NCBI GenBank assembly: GCA_002376845.1
Contig: DFOS01000024.1
Location: 160,819-224,818, forward strand
Length of the DNA stretch: 64,000 nucleotides
Reading direction: 5' to 3'
From: Bdellovibrionaceae bacterium UBA3535
GTDB taxonomy: Bacteria; Bdellovibrionota; Bdellovibrionia; Bdellovibrionales; UBA840
Shown here: positions 52,902 through 62,376 of the stretch, piece after piece
How positions within the stretch are numbered: the first letter of the stretch is position 1
Layout of the letters: every line of letters starts with the position of its first letter
Notes under the pieces: model-generated
Databases searched by the model: none
Told to the model about the DNA's origin: nothing
Seen by the model: the letters and a program-made list of their open reading frames with translations, nothing else
Translations under genes and position numbers: made by a program

Positions 52902-55362
52902 TGGAATTCTTGTTAAGGGGGCAAGAGAACATAATTTAAAAAATATATCCCTGGACATACCTAGAAACCAGATCGTGGTGATAACGGGTTTGTCAGGAAG
53001 TGGAAAATCGAGCCTTGCTTTTGATACGGTTTATGCCGAGGGGCAAAGGCGTTATTTGGAAGGCCTTTCTGCCTATGCTAGAAATTTCTTAGAGCAATTA
53101 AAAAAGCCAGATGTAGATTCCATTACAGGTTTATCTCCAGCAATATCCATTGAGCAAAAAACTACTTCCACCAACCCTAGATCCACTGTTGGTACAATTA
53201 CCGAGACTTATGATTACCTTCGTTTGTTATTTGCAAAAATTGGCAAGCCCTATTGTCCTAAGTGCAAAATTACCGTTAATGCTATGAGTGAAGAACAAAT
53301 CATTGACGAGGTAATGTCCTATAAAAAGGGGTCAAAACTTATTTTATTGGCCCCAGTTGCTAGATATAAAAAAGGTGAATTTAAAAAAGAGTTTTTACAG
53401 TGGCAAAAAAGTGGTTTTATTCGCGCCATAGTAGATGGTGAGGAGATTGATTTATCAAAGCCACCCAAACTTAAGAAAACCAAAGCTCATAATATAGAAT
53501 TGGTTGTTGATAAGGTGATTGTCAAAGAGGAGATTCGTCATCGTCTTTCTGAGAGCATAAAAAGAGCCTTACAATTTTCCGGTGGCTTCTTGGATATAAA
53601 AGACTTGACCGCAAATAATGAGAGGAGCTTTTCGCAAAAGGCTACTTGCCCTAAATGCAATTTGTCTTTCCCAGAGATTGAGCCACTACTATTTAGCTTT
53701 AATTCACCTAAGGGTGCCTGTGAAGAATGTAATGGTATTGGTTCGCTATATTATGAATACGAAGATGAATATGATTACGAAGAGGATGATACGGATGAAT
53801 TTGGCGCAAGTGTATGCCCTGAATGTGAGGGTAAGCGCTTAAAACCTGAGGCGTTAAATATTCGTATAGGAAAAAACAATATTGCGGACATGGCAGATGC
53901 CTCTATTTATGAATTAGAAAAGATGATACAGACTTTGAAACTCAAAGGCAGAGAGAAAATTATATCTGAAAAAATATTGCAACAACTAAATGAAAGACTT
54001 GGCTATTTAAATGAGGTGGGTGTTTCTTATTTGACGTTGAATCGATCTGCGCGCACCTTATCTGGCGGGGAATCTCAAAGAATTCGTCTTGCTTCGCAAC
54101 TTGGTTCTGGATTGCGCGGGGTTCTCTATGTATTGGACGAGCCCAGCATTGGTCTACATCCCAAAGATCATAAGCGTTTGTTAAAAGTTCTTCATACTTT
54201 AAAGGAAAAAGGCAATACGATTTTGATGGTGGAGCATGATGAAGAGACCATTCTTACTTCGGATTTGGTTTATGATCTGGGCCCTGGGGCGGGCAAAAAT
54301 GGTGGGTATTTACTAGCTAAGGGAACACCAAAAGAATTATTCGATATGGAAAAGAGTATCACTGGCCAGTATCTTGCAAAAAAGAAAAAAGTCTTTTGCC
54401 CAGAAGAAAAAAGAAAGATCGATAAAAAAAATTGTCTTAGAATTTTAGGCGCTAAGGGTAACAATTTAAAAAATATCAATGTCGACATACCGTTAAACAC
54501 TTTTACTGCGGTAACGGGCGTTTCTGGATCAGGCAAGAGTACTTTAATTATTGATACGCTTTATCGCTATATTGTGGCGCAAGAATATGAGGACTATTAC
54601 TATGCGCCCGTAAAAAAAATCGAAGGCCTCGACAAAATCACATCAATTGTAAATATTAATCAAAAGCCAATAGGCAGAACCCCTCGCTCCAACCCGGCTA
54701 CCTATGTGGGACTTTTTACGCAAATACGCAATTTATTTGCAGAATTGCCAGAAGCAAAAATACGTGGGTTTAAACCAGGGTATTTTTCATTTAACGTCAA
54801 GGGTGGTCGCTGTGAGCACTGTAGTGGCAATGGCATGATTAAGGTAGAAATGAACTTCTTATCAAATGTTTATGTTGAATGTGATTTTTGCCATGGTCTT
54901 AGATATAATCCAGAGTGCTTGTCCATTCGATATAAGGGGAAAAATATCGCAGAAGTCCTACAGATGAGTGTGAAAGAAGCTCTCGAATTTTTTCAACACC
55001 ACAAACAGATCTTTCGTAAATTAAAAACCTTAGAGAGAGTGGGGCTAGAATACATTCACCTTGGTCAAAGTTCCACAACCTTATCTGGCGGTGAGGCGCA
55101 AAGAATCAAATTAAGTAAGGAGCTCTCAAAAAGGCCCCTCGGCCATACGCTCTATATATTGGATGAGCCCACCACGGGTTTGCATTTTGCGGATGTCAGC
55201 AAGCTTTTGGAACTACTCCATGAATTGGTGGACAAGGACAATACCGTGCTTGTGATTGAGCACAATCAGGACGTGGTCAAAAGTGCCGACCATATTATCG
55301 AGCTCGGCCCTGAGGGCGGCCCCAGGGGTGGAGAGCTAATAAGCCCGCCCTTGAACGGATAA
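52888..55362 (+). CDS. uvrA: Excinuclease ABC subunit A (short form)
   Basis: GLSGSGKSS, GVSGSGKST, two LSGGE signatures, zinc-binding motifs. Confidence 0.96.
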   Translation: MNTYDGILVKGAREHNLKNISLDIPRNQIVVITGLSGSGKSSLAFDTVYAEGQRRYLEGLSAYARNFLEQLKKPDVDSITGLSPAISIEQKTTSTNPRSTVGTITETYDYLRLLFAKIGKPYCPKCKITVNAMSEEQIIDEVMSYKKGSKLILLAPVARYKKGEFKKEFLQWQKSGFIRAIVDGEEIDLSKPPKLKKTKAHNIELVVDKVIVKEEIRHRLSESIKRALQFSGGFLDIKDLTANNERSFSQKATCPKCNLSFPEIEPLLFSFNSPKGACEECNGIGSLYYEYEDEYDYEEDDTDEFGASVCPECEGKRLKPEALNIRIGKNNIADMADASIYELEKMIQTLKLKGREKIISEKILQQLNERLGYLNEVGVSYLTLNRSARTLSGGESQRIRLASQLGSGLRGVLYVLDEPSIGLHPKDHKRLLKVLHTLKEKGNTILMVEHDEETILTSDLVYDLGPGAGKNGGYLLAKGTPKELFDMEKSITGQYLAKKKKVFCPEEKRKIDKKNCLRILGAKGNNLKNINVDIPLNTFTAVTGVSGSGKSTLIIDTLYRYIVAQEYEDYYYAPVKKIEGLDKITSIVNINQKPIGRTPRSNPATYVGLFTQIRNLFAELPEAKIRGFKPGYFSFNVKGGRCEHCSGNGMIKVEMNFLSNVYVECDFCHGLRYNPECLSIRYKGKNIAEVLQMSVKEALEFFQHHKQIFRKLKTLERVGLEYIHLGQSSTTLSGGEAQRIKLSKELSKRPLGHTLYILDEPTTGLHFADVSKLLELLHELVDKDNTVLVIEHNQDVVKSADHIIELGPEGGPRGGELISPPLNG

Positions 55363-55389
55363 GTACCTAAAAATATTTAGAAATTTAAC

Positions 55390-55417
55390 TAAAGTTTGTC
55401 TCAAATAGAGCCGATAG
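55390..55417 (+). promoter_or_regulatory. Sigma28 (FliA)-like promoter
   Basis: TAAAGTTT-N12-GCCGATAG, 7 nt before ATG 55425. Confidence 0.75.
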
Positions 55418-55421
55418 ATAG

Positions 55422-56309
55422 TTGATGAAGAAGGCTATTCTTTTCTGTTTTTTACAGTTTTTTTCCCCTTTGGCGGAGTCACAAGTGGGCGGAATTATGG
55501 AGACCGCAGAGCAAGCGGCAAATGCTGCAGTTGAGGCGGGATTAAAAAGCGGCGTGGCTGGAGATGAAGCAAAACCAAAATGTCCAGGAAGCAGTCTTGC
55601 ATGTACTGTTGTTATGATGGCCGCAGCCTCTGTCATAGAGAACCTATTATTTGCTGAGGATGCGTATTCAAAAGCCGATAGCATTACCTGTGAGGCAACG
55701 AATACTTGTCACACTAATTCTAATAATGGGGGTGACTCTAGTCTAGACGGTGCTTTAAGCAATAATTCGAGTAATAATAATGGATTTGAAGATCCATATA
55801 GTGGAAACTACACTAGGCATAGAAAATTGCTTAACAAACTTAAAAGAACCGCTTTACCAGAAGCCAAGGAAAGAATTGCCGATTTAAAAAATAAAGGTTA
55901 TAAGTTGAATCCTGATGGGTCTGTCACAACTCCCAATGGTAAAACTCTCAGTAGCGTTGCAGGAATGAAATCGGCCGGCTTTGACCCTGCTGACGTAAAG
56001 CAAATAGAAGACATTTTGAAAGAGGCACAAAAAAAGCACCAATCCTTACTAGCAAATTTGCAAGAGCATGATGAGGAGTATGGCGGCGGCATGGGAGGCG
56101 GAAAGGCCGGCAATGGTTATCAGCCAGCAAAGCGCTCCACCGCAAGCGCATTTGGTTTACCCTCCTCTAGAAAAGTGGGAGGCCAAGACCCGTCCATTCA
56201 AGGTTTATCAAAAAACTATGGAGAGGATAAAATTGGTGTGGCAAGTGGCCATCTTTTTAAGTACATCCACCGCGCCTACGAGCGCAACAAAAACAAATTA
56301 CAGCCCTAA
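55422..56309 (+). CDS. Secreted Gly/Asn-rich hypothetical protein
   Basis: Signal peptide, Cys pairs, low-complexity linkers, C-terminal IG..SGHLFKYIHRAY. Confidence 0.8.
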   Translation: MMKKAILFCFLQFFSPLAESQVGGIMETAEQAANAAVEAGLKSGVAGDEAKPKCPGSSLACTVVMMAAASVIENLLFAEDAYSKADSITCEATNTCHTNSNNGGDSSLDGALSNNSSNNNGFEDPYSGNYTRHRKLLNKLKRTALPEAKERIADLKNKGYKLNPDGSVTTPNGKTLSSVAGMKSAGFDPADVKQIEDILKEAQKKHQSLLANLQEHDEEYGGGMGGGKAGNGYQPAKRSTASAFGLPSSRKVGGQDPSIQGLSKNYGEDKIGVASGHLFKYIHRAYERNKNKLQP

Positions 56310-56834
56310 ATACTCAAGTGCACTTTTCTCAACTTCTGCAACGCCGATGGCGGCATCAATTGCATGGTGCTTTATATCAATTCGGGCGGTGACTTTGTCT
56401 CTTTCCATAAAAGCCTGCCAACCTTCATCACTGAGTTTTACTTGGTCTCTGTCCAAACCGCGCTCACGAATGCGTTCTTTTAATATTTCTGGCTGCAAGT
56501 AAAGCTCAATAACCTTAAGCTCTGTTTCTGTACTTTTTGTTAAATCTTCAATGTCCTTTTTCCAATGGGGACTTTGAATCAGTATATGAGTCCAAGGAAC
56601 GTCCATAATTACCGATTGGCCTAGAAGCAAATTCTCTTTTGCTAAGTTTAACATAGCCTTTAATACCCTGGGCTCGATCTCTTTTGTATAATGATCGCCG
56701 CGATCACCGGGAGAGAAGGCTTCATCAATTAAATCCTTATCGAGTAATACGCATGATAGTCGTTTAGCTAGACGTCTTGCTAGCGTAGATTTGCCTACAC
56801 CAGGAGGGCCACTTACTAAGATTAAAGTCTTCAT
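56298..56834 (-). CDS. P-loop kinase (AAA_33-like)
   Basis: LILVSGPPGVGKSTLAR, LDKD, ERIRER lid. Confidence 0.88.
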   Translation of the reverse strand: MKTLILVSGPPGVGKSTLARRLAKRLSCVLLDKDLIDEAFSPGDRGDHYTKEIEPRVLKAMLNLAKENLLLGQSVIMDVPWTHILIQSPHWKKDIEDLTKSTETELKVIELYLQPEILKERIRERGLDRDQVKLSDEGWQAFMERDKVTARIDIKHHAIDAAIGVAEVEKSALEYLGL

Positions 56835-56952
56835 GGCCTAACCTTAGACCATGCTTATTAACAAATAAAGCAAATCTCGACGCTTGATCTTTACTTTCCA
56901 GTACAGGCCTACTTTTTAATCAATAAAATAGAAGAGGGAAAAAGGAGTCGGT

Positions 56953-58563
56953 ATGTTGAAGGTCCTCACCTTGTTATTGGCCACGCATATGCTTTATGCT
57001 GCTGCAGATTTTACGAGTCTGCAAAGTGCGGCCGTTAGTGATGAATACGTATTAAAGCTTAATGGTAATAAATCCTATATTGGAGCAAATGCGGCAGCAA
57101 GTTTGTTAAACGTAAAATTGCTAAAAGAGCTAAGCGAGCAAAGTAATTCCATTTTGGTTCAGGCATCACAAGCAAAGGTGAATGAAATTCAACATCATCC
57201 CATGGTGGAGTATATTGAGCCGAATTATATATATTCCCTGCGCTCCCTTCCGAATGACAATTATTTCGCAAAATTATGGGGGCTTAACAATACAGGACAG
57301 GCGGACCCTGGGGGCAATAATGGGGTTGCCGGCATGGATATCAACGCCATCAAAGGTTGGAAAATAAACCATCAAGCAAAGGATGTAATCATTGGCGTAA
57401 TTGATACCGGTATCAATCACCAGGCTGAAGACTTAAAAAATAATATGTGGGTAAATGATAAAGAGCTAAATGGACTGCCGGGAATCGATGATGATGAAAA
57501 TGGTTATATTGATGATATTCATGGTTTTGATTTTGTAAACCTTGATAGTGACCCAATGGACGATCATTCTCACGGGTCGCATGTTGCGGGAATCATCGCA
57601 GCAGAAGGCAATAATCACATAGGTGTTACTGGGGTTGCTTGGAGTGCGCAGCTTATGGCACTTAAATTTTTGGATGCAAGAGGTACTGGTACATTGGCGA
57701 ATGCCATCTTAGCCATTGATTATGCTAGTGAAAATGGGGCGCGCATTACCAACAACTCCTGGGGCGGAGGCCACTCAATAGCTTTGCAAGAGGCCATACA
57801 AAGAGCTGAAGAAAAGGGGATTTTGTTTGTTGCCGCTGCCGGGAATTCTTCCTTAGACAATGAGAAGTACCCGAACTATCCTTCTTCGTACGAAAATGAA
57901 AATATCATAGCTGTTGCAGCCATGGATAATGAGGGTAAAAAAGCCCGCTTTTCTAGTTGGGGCAATAAGTCGGTAGATATAGCAGCGCCTGGTCAAAGTA
58001 TTTTTTCAACTGCCAGAGTGGACTATAAAACTTTATCGGGCACTTCTATGGCAACTCCCTATGTGACCGGGGCCCTTGCTTTATTATTTCAAGACAATCC
58101 GGATATGAAAGCCAAAGAGGCAAAAGCAAGACTTTTAAATACATCACGTCCGTCCTCTTACTTTAAAAACAAAAGTGTTTCAGAGGGGGTATTGGATCTA
58201 TATGCACTGCTATCGAATACTAATTCGGCGCCGCATCCTGATGACCCAGGTTTTTGGCCGTCGATAGATTATAGCTTATCAAGTGCTCACCCCTATGAAA
58301 ACAATCTAGAGCAGGAATATGAAATTAATGTGCCAGAAGCTAAGGCCTTTGCGATTTACTTTAAAAAATTTGAAACAGAAAAAAACTATGACAAATTAAA
58401 AATATATGATGCTAGTGACAAATTAGTCTCGGAGCTAAGCGGTAATCATAGCGATACCTTTAGCCCGGTAATACCGGGCAAGCGAGCACGGCTTGTGTTT
58501 AAAAGCGATAATACTTTAAATGCTTATGGATTTGAAATAAGCAAATTAATGATTAAAAAATAA
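56953..58563 (+). CDS. Secreted S8 subtilase with C-terminal CUB-like domain
   Basis: IDTG, HGSHVAG, AAGN, SGTSMATP; C-terminal FETEKNYDKL...FKSD...GF. Confidence 0.95.
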   Translation: MLKVLTLLLATHMLYAAADFTSLQSAAVSDEYVLKLNGNKSYIGANAAASLLNVKLLKELSEQSNSILVQASQAKVNEIQHHPMVEYIEPNYIYSLRSLPNDNYFAKLWGLNNTGQADPGGNNGVAGMDINAIKGWKINHQAKDVIIGVIDTGINHQAEDLKNNMWVNDKELNGLPGIDDDENGYIDDIHGFDFVNLDSDPMDDHSHGSHVAGIIAAEGNNHIGVTGVAWSAQLMALKFLDARGTGTLANAILAIDYASENGARITNNSWGGGHSIALQEAIQRAEEKGILFVAAAGNSSLDNEKYPNYPSSYENENIIAVAAMDNEGKKARFSSWGNKSVDIAAPGQSIFSTARVDYKTLSGTSMATPYVTGALALLFQDNPDMKAKEAKARLLNTSRPSSYFKNKSVSEGVLDLYALLSNTNSAPHPDDPGFWPSIDYSLSSAHPYENNLEQEYEINVPEAKAFAIYFKKFETEKNYDKLKIYDASDKLVSELSGNHSDTFSPVIPGKRARLVFKSDNTLNAYGFEISKLMIKK

Positions 58564-59166
58564 TTATCTACGGCGATAGAGTTCATAAAAGTTTATTTGC
58601 AAGCCATCACCTTCGAATGTTTCTTCGTCGACGAATTTACAGACGATGTTGGTGACTAAATTATATTTTAATGGAGCGTTTTTAGGGGAAGGATATTCGA
58701 TCCATTGGCTATCTTCTAAATCTAAATAGACCTCGCCACTAATACCATTGCTAGCTTGTTCATAAGAAAGTAATTCCACATGGTTTCTGAACAACAGTGT
58801 TTTGCATAGCCCCAAGGCATTTTCTTGCGCGTCAAAGGTCGCGTTGGCAGCTTGCCAGGTACCAGGCTCTCTTCCCCAGGCACGTGAGTCCTTGCCGCTG
58901 GCAGTTTTGATTATAGGAGGAGCAAAGGTACAAGTTTTTTCTTCCTCATTGATAGTGCCACCAGAGTCGGAGCATGCCAGTTGAAAACCAGAGAAATCAG
59001 GAGCGTATTTTTCTAAAATGTCATTGGGGATGGCTTCGTTAAAATCTTCTTGTTGGGCCATATCGGGAGCGGCATCTTCCTTTTTTAGTGTGCTGTTAAT
59101 TATAAAAGCGATAGCAACCAATGATAATAAGGCAACAAATGTAATAATAAGTTTTTTTTGATTCAT
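58564..59166 (-). CDS. Membrane-anchored hypothetical protein
   Basis: N-terminal TM, four Cys in the soluble part. Confidence 0.75.
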   Translation of the reverse strand: MNQKKLIITFVALLSLVAIAFIINSTLKKEDAAPDMAQQEDFNEAIPNDILEKYAPDFSGFQLACSDSGGTINEEEKTCTFAPPIIKTASGKDSRAWGREPGTWQAANATFDAQENALGLCKTLLFRNHVELLSYEQASNGISGEVYLDLEDSQWIEYPSPKNAPLKYNLVTNIVCKFVDEETFEGDGLQINFYELYRRR

Positions 59167-59285
59167 ACTAAACCCCGTCTTCTATGGCATTTAGTCTACT
59201 AATAATTTTTAATATGGCTAGAAGTTTTTGATGAATGTATTGGAAATTTGCTGCCAATACGCCCTGTATTCAAGGACCTAGGGAC

Positions 59286-60152
59286 TTAATCGTCAGCGAT
59301 CACATATTTAATATTCACATTGAATGAAAATTCTGAGCTTATGCAGTCCAAATCATTGTCGCCAGTGACCACAAGCTTAAATTTATGGTTGGAGCCAACA
59401 TTGCTAAGCCCGATAATGGTTTGCAAGGCATCCTCATCAATGTCTACCTTAAAAGATCCAGTGTTCTGCGTTAGTGGAATTTGACAGCTAGAGTTGCCGC
59501 TATCCTCTCCCAAACAGTAAACGACATTATGATTTCCACCCTGTCTCCAAGGTGCACCTACCATTTGTGCCCAGTCATATTTGTACAAGGTTTCTTGAGT
59601 ATCACTATTTAGCACCGGCACGAGCAGACCATCTTCTATGTAGTTCAGATTCGATGAAGAAAGCACATAATTATTGAGCGCTACAATTAAGTGATCGTCG
59701 TAGTACATGGTGGAAGTTTGAGTTTGCATATCCAGATCGCAAATGATTGCATTATCGGGAATGTTCATTGGCACAATATGTTCATATCTAGCCTGAACAA
59801 AGCCATTTCGAGGGCCAAGATTGCCATTTTGGTTATAAGCACAGCCGTTTTGGTATGACGGAAAGGTAATGCTTGTATTAAGGCTTTGCCAAGGGCTATT
59901 TTCACAAGTGGTTTTTACATAATCAATGTCGTCTTGATCGCCCGGACCGCCGTCATTATTTCCACCGTCATTATCACTGACGCCGTCGCCGTCACTATTA
60001 GAATCATCATTGATGCCATCGCCATTGCCCATATTGCCACCGTCAGCAGTTGAGCCTACAGGTGAGGTCTCAAAGGCAACATTTTCCGCGCAGTTTTGGT
60101 AGGCAAGTAAAATGGGTAAACTTAAAAAAATAAAGGCAAAGACTTTTCTCAT
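59286..60152 (-). CDS. Lipoprotein with YQNC signal and Asp/Gly-rich linker
   Basis: MRKVFAFIFLSLPILLAYQNC from ATG 60152; Cys-containing beta-rich domain. Confidence 0.82.
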   Translation of the reverse strand: MRKVFAFIFLSLPILLAYQNCAENVAFETSPVGSTADGGNMGNGDGINDDSNSDGDGVSDNDGGNNDGGPGDQDDIDYVKTTCENSPWQSLNTSITFPSYQNGCAYNQNGNLGPRNGFVQARYEHIVPMNIPDNAIICDLDMQTQTSTMYYDDHLIVALNNYVLSSSNLNYIEDGLLVPVLNSDTQETLYKYDWAQMVGAPWRQGGNHNVVYCLGEDSGNSSCQIPLTQNTGSFKVDIDEDALQTIIGLSNVGSNHKFKLVVTGDNDLDCISSEFSFNVNIKYVIADD

Positions 60153-60159
60153 ATAGGAC

Positions 60160-60186
60160 TCATCGGCAGCTCTGGGCAAAAGTATA
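60160..60186 (-). promoter_or_regulatory. Sigma28 (FliA)-like promoter
   Basis: Minus strand TATACTTT-N11-GCCGATGA, 7 nt before ATG 60152. Confidence 0.65.
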
Positions 60187-60266
60187 GAAAAAAATGTCCT
60201 TTTATGAGATTTATGCTTAAAACAAATCCTTGCCCTGGAAAGTGTAAAAAAGTTCGACAGCTTACA

Positions 60267-61148
60267 CTAGTCTTCTTGTTTTTGATGCTTTTCTAAAAAG
60301 GCTTCGATTTTAAGATTTACAAAATCGGGCATATCCAACTGGCTGCAATGGGAACCATAGGGAATCACCTGTAGCTCGGAATTTCGTATGGCTGCATGCA
60401 AGGATTTTTGGAAGCTAAGGGGCGTAACATTGTCCTTATCTCCGGCAATGAGTAGGCACGGAGAATCAACCGTTGGCAGAATATCGCTACCATCAAATTC
60501 CATCATACTTTCAAATAGCGTGAGAAAAACTTGAATAGGTATGGATTTTACACCGCGTAGATAAACCTCGATATCTTTTCTATCTGTTAGGCGAAGATTG
60601 AAGCCACCACTAAGCGCCACGGCCGGTAGAGCCAAAGGGCTTTCGAGTAAAGACTTCCAAGCAAATTCAAAGGTTGCAGGAAGTTCTAAGTACATATGTT
60701 TGAGCTTTTCAAACGCCGGCACCATGTCCATACCAAAAAGACCCTTAATGGGGTTTTTGTGAAAACCATTGATCATAACGATAGAGTGAACGAGTTGAGG
60801 GGCAATACGATAAAGCTCGCATACAACTTGCGCGCCAAAGCTATGGCCCCAGAAACTTGCCTGCGTGATATTTAGGTGTTCGCACAATAATTTTAAATCC
60901 TTACCGATAGCCTCTACGCTCATGTTTTTTAAATCTTCAGGGATCGCGGACAGGTGGTGACCACGGTAATCATAAAGAATAACCTGATAGTTCTTGCTGA
61001 AGTATTTTATTTGCGGGCTCCAATGATTGGTAGTGCAGGCGATTCCGTAAGATAAAATTAGTGGTTGGCCTTCTCCGATGATTTCATAGTAAATGGAAGT
61101 GCCATCAAAACTAGTAAATTCTCCGGTTTGTTTTTTTATACCAATCAT
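60267..61148 (-). CDS. Alpha/beta hydrolase
   Basis: DYRGH, GHSFG nucleophile elbow, GDKD, GSH. Confidence 0.93.
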   Translation of the reverse strand: MIGIKKQTGEFTSFDGTSIYYEIIGEGQPLILSYGIACTTNHWSPQIKYFSKNYQVILYDYRGHHLSAIPEDLKNMSVEAIGKDLKLLCEHLNITQASFWGHSFGAQVVCELYRIAPQLVHSIVMINGFHKNPIKGLFGMDMVPAFEKLKHMYLELPATFEFAWKSLLESPLALPAVALSGGFNLRLTDRKDIEVYLRGVKSIPIQVFLTLFESMMEFDGSDILPTVDSPCLLIAGDKDNVTPLSFQKSLHAAIRNSELQVIPYGSHCSQLDMPDFVNLKIEAFLEKHQKQED

Positions 61149-61813
61149 TCTACGATCTCAAAAAGCAAGGTTGTATTTTCAAAGCGTAATTCTGTTTTGT
61201 CTTCAATAAGGTTATCGGTCTTAGCGGCCTTACCATTAACATAAACTTTATTAGTCGACTTTGTTTGAATGAAAACTAGTCCATCCTTTGCATACAACAA
61301 TAAATCTAGATGATTTACAGCGCACTCTTTAAATTCAATGTCTGCAGCTAGACTACCAATTCGCCGCGGGCCATAGCCAATGGCTATTTTTTGCCCTTTT
61401 TCGGGTCCTTGTAAAACATGTAGCATAATCTTGTAAGGTAAAGCGTATGCATCTTGTGGTTTGTTTTGGATCTCGCGGTCTAATTTTTTTAAAAAATTTA
61501 AAGCCGTATGTTTGGGGCTATCTTCCTCGGCATTTTTGGTAATCTGAAAGCGCGTATCCCCTAATAGAAATTCTGTGCCCTCCGTTAGTTCCAATTGATC
61601 CAATAATTGCTGTTCGTGGTAAATTTTGTTTCGTGAGCCCAAATCTCGAATCAGAAATCGCCCATTTTCCTCAATCACTTCAGCATGCCGAGAGGATACT
61701 TTCGCATCTTTTATGGTCAAATCGGAGTTTTTCCGCCCAATTATCAAGCCAGAGACCAATTTGAACTCCTCTCCTTTTCGATTTCCACTGAGAATTCGTA
61801 TATTTAGCGACAC
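61145..61813 (-). CDS. FHA-domain protein (probably two FHA-like domains)
   Basis: IGR, VSSRHA, DLGSRN; degenerate second copy in the C-terminal half. Confidence 0.9.
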   Translation of the reverse strand: MSLNIRILSGNRKGEEFKLVSGLIIGRKNSDLTIKDAKVSSRHAEVIEENGRFLIRDLGSRNKIYHEQQLLDQLELTEGTEFLLGDTRFQITKNAEEDSPKHTALNFLKKLDREIQNKPQDAYALPYKIMLHVLQGPEKGQKIAIGYGPRRIGSLAADIEFKECAVNHLDLLLYAKDGLVFIQTKSTNKVYVNGKAAKTDNLIEDKTELRFENTTLLFEIVE

Positions 61814-61843
61814 GAAAAAAAACTCCCTGCTGTTCTTAACGCC

Positions 61844-61872
61844 TTGTCATTGTTGGCGGCACATGCTATTAG
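61844..61872 (+). promoter_or_regulatory. Sigma70-like promoter of the rpsF operon
   Basis: TTGTCA-17-TATTAG with extended TG. Confidence 0.4.
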
Positions 61873-61896
61873 CCTATGCACATTAATCATAATCAA

Positions 61897-61941
61897 TCCT
61901 TGCTCCTTTTACAAAGAGAAAGGGGCTGGCAAACCAGGAGG
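61897..61941 (+). promoter_or_regulatory. S6:S18-type ribosomal leader
   Basis: TCCT / GCTCCTTT...AAAGGGGC / CCA-GGAGG: inner hairpin plus anti-SD pairing and an unpaired CC before the SD. Confidence 0.6.
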
Positions 61942-61947
61942 TAATGA

Positions 61948-62376
61948 GTGAATACTACGGAAATCAACCGTGCCTATGAAGCGGTAATTTTGGTCCATCC
62001 CGATGCATCAGAAGCGGATCAAAAGAATTTGTTCAAGAAAAACAAGGGTATCATCGAGAAAGAAAACGGCGAAATTCATAGTCTAGAGACTTGGGGAAAA
62101 AGATTTCTAGGTAACCCCATTAAAAAAATTAGCAAGGCCAATTATTTTCACACAACTTTTCGCGCTAATGCGGATGCCATTGCCGAGCTCGAAAGAACGA
62201 TGCGTATTAATGACCAGGTTTTGCGTTTTATGCATGTACGTTTAAAAGAAGGAACGGATCTTTCTAAGCATATGGAAGAATTCCGCCAAACGATAACGGA
62301 TGCAAATAATCGTCAAAAAGAGTATGAAGCTAAAGAGCGCAAAAAAGCCGAAAGATTCGCGAAAAAGAATAACTAA
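61948..62376 (+). CDS. rpsF: 30S ribosomal protein S6
   Basis: YEAVILVHPD, WGKR, ELERTMRINDQVLRF; charged C-terminal extension. Confidence 0.96.
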   Translation: MNTTEINRAYEAVILVHPDASEADQKNLFKKNKGIIEKENGEIHSLETWGKRFLGNPIKKISKANYFHTTFRANADAIAELERTMRINDQVLRFMHVRLKEGTDLSKHMEEFRQTITDANNRQKEYEAKERKKAERFAKKNN

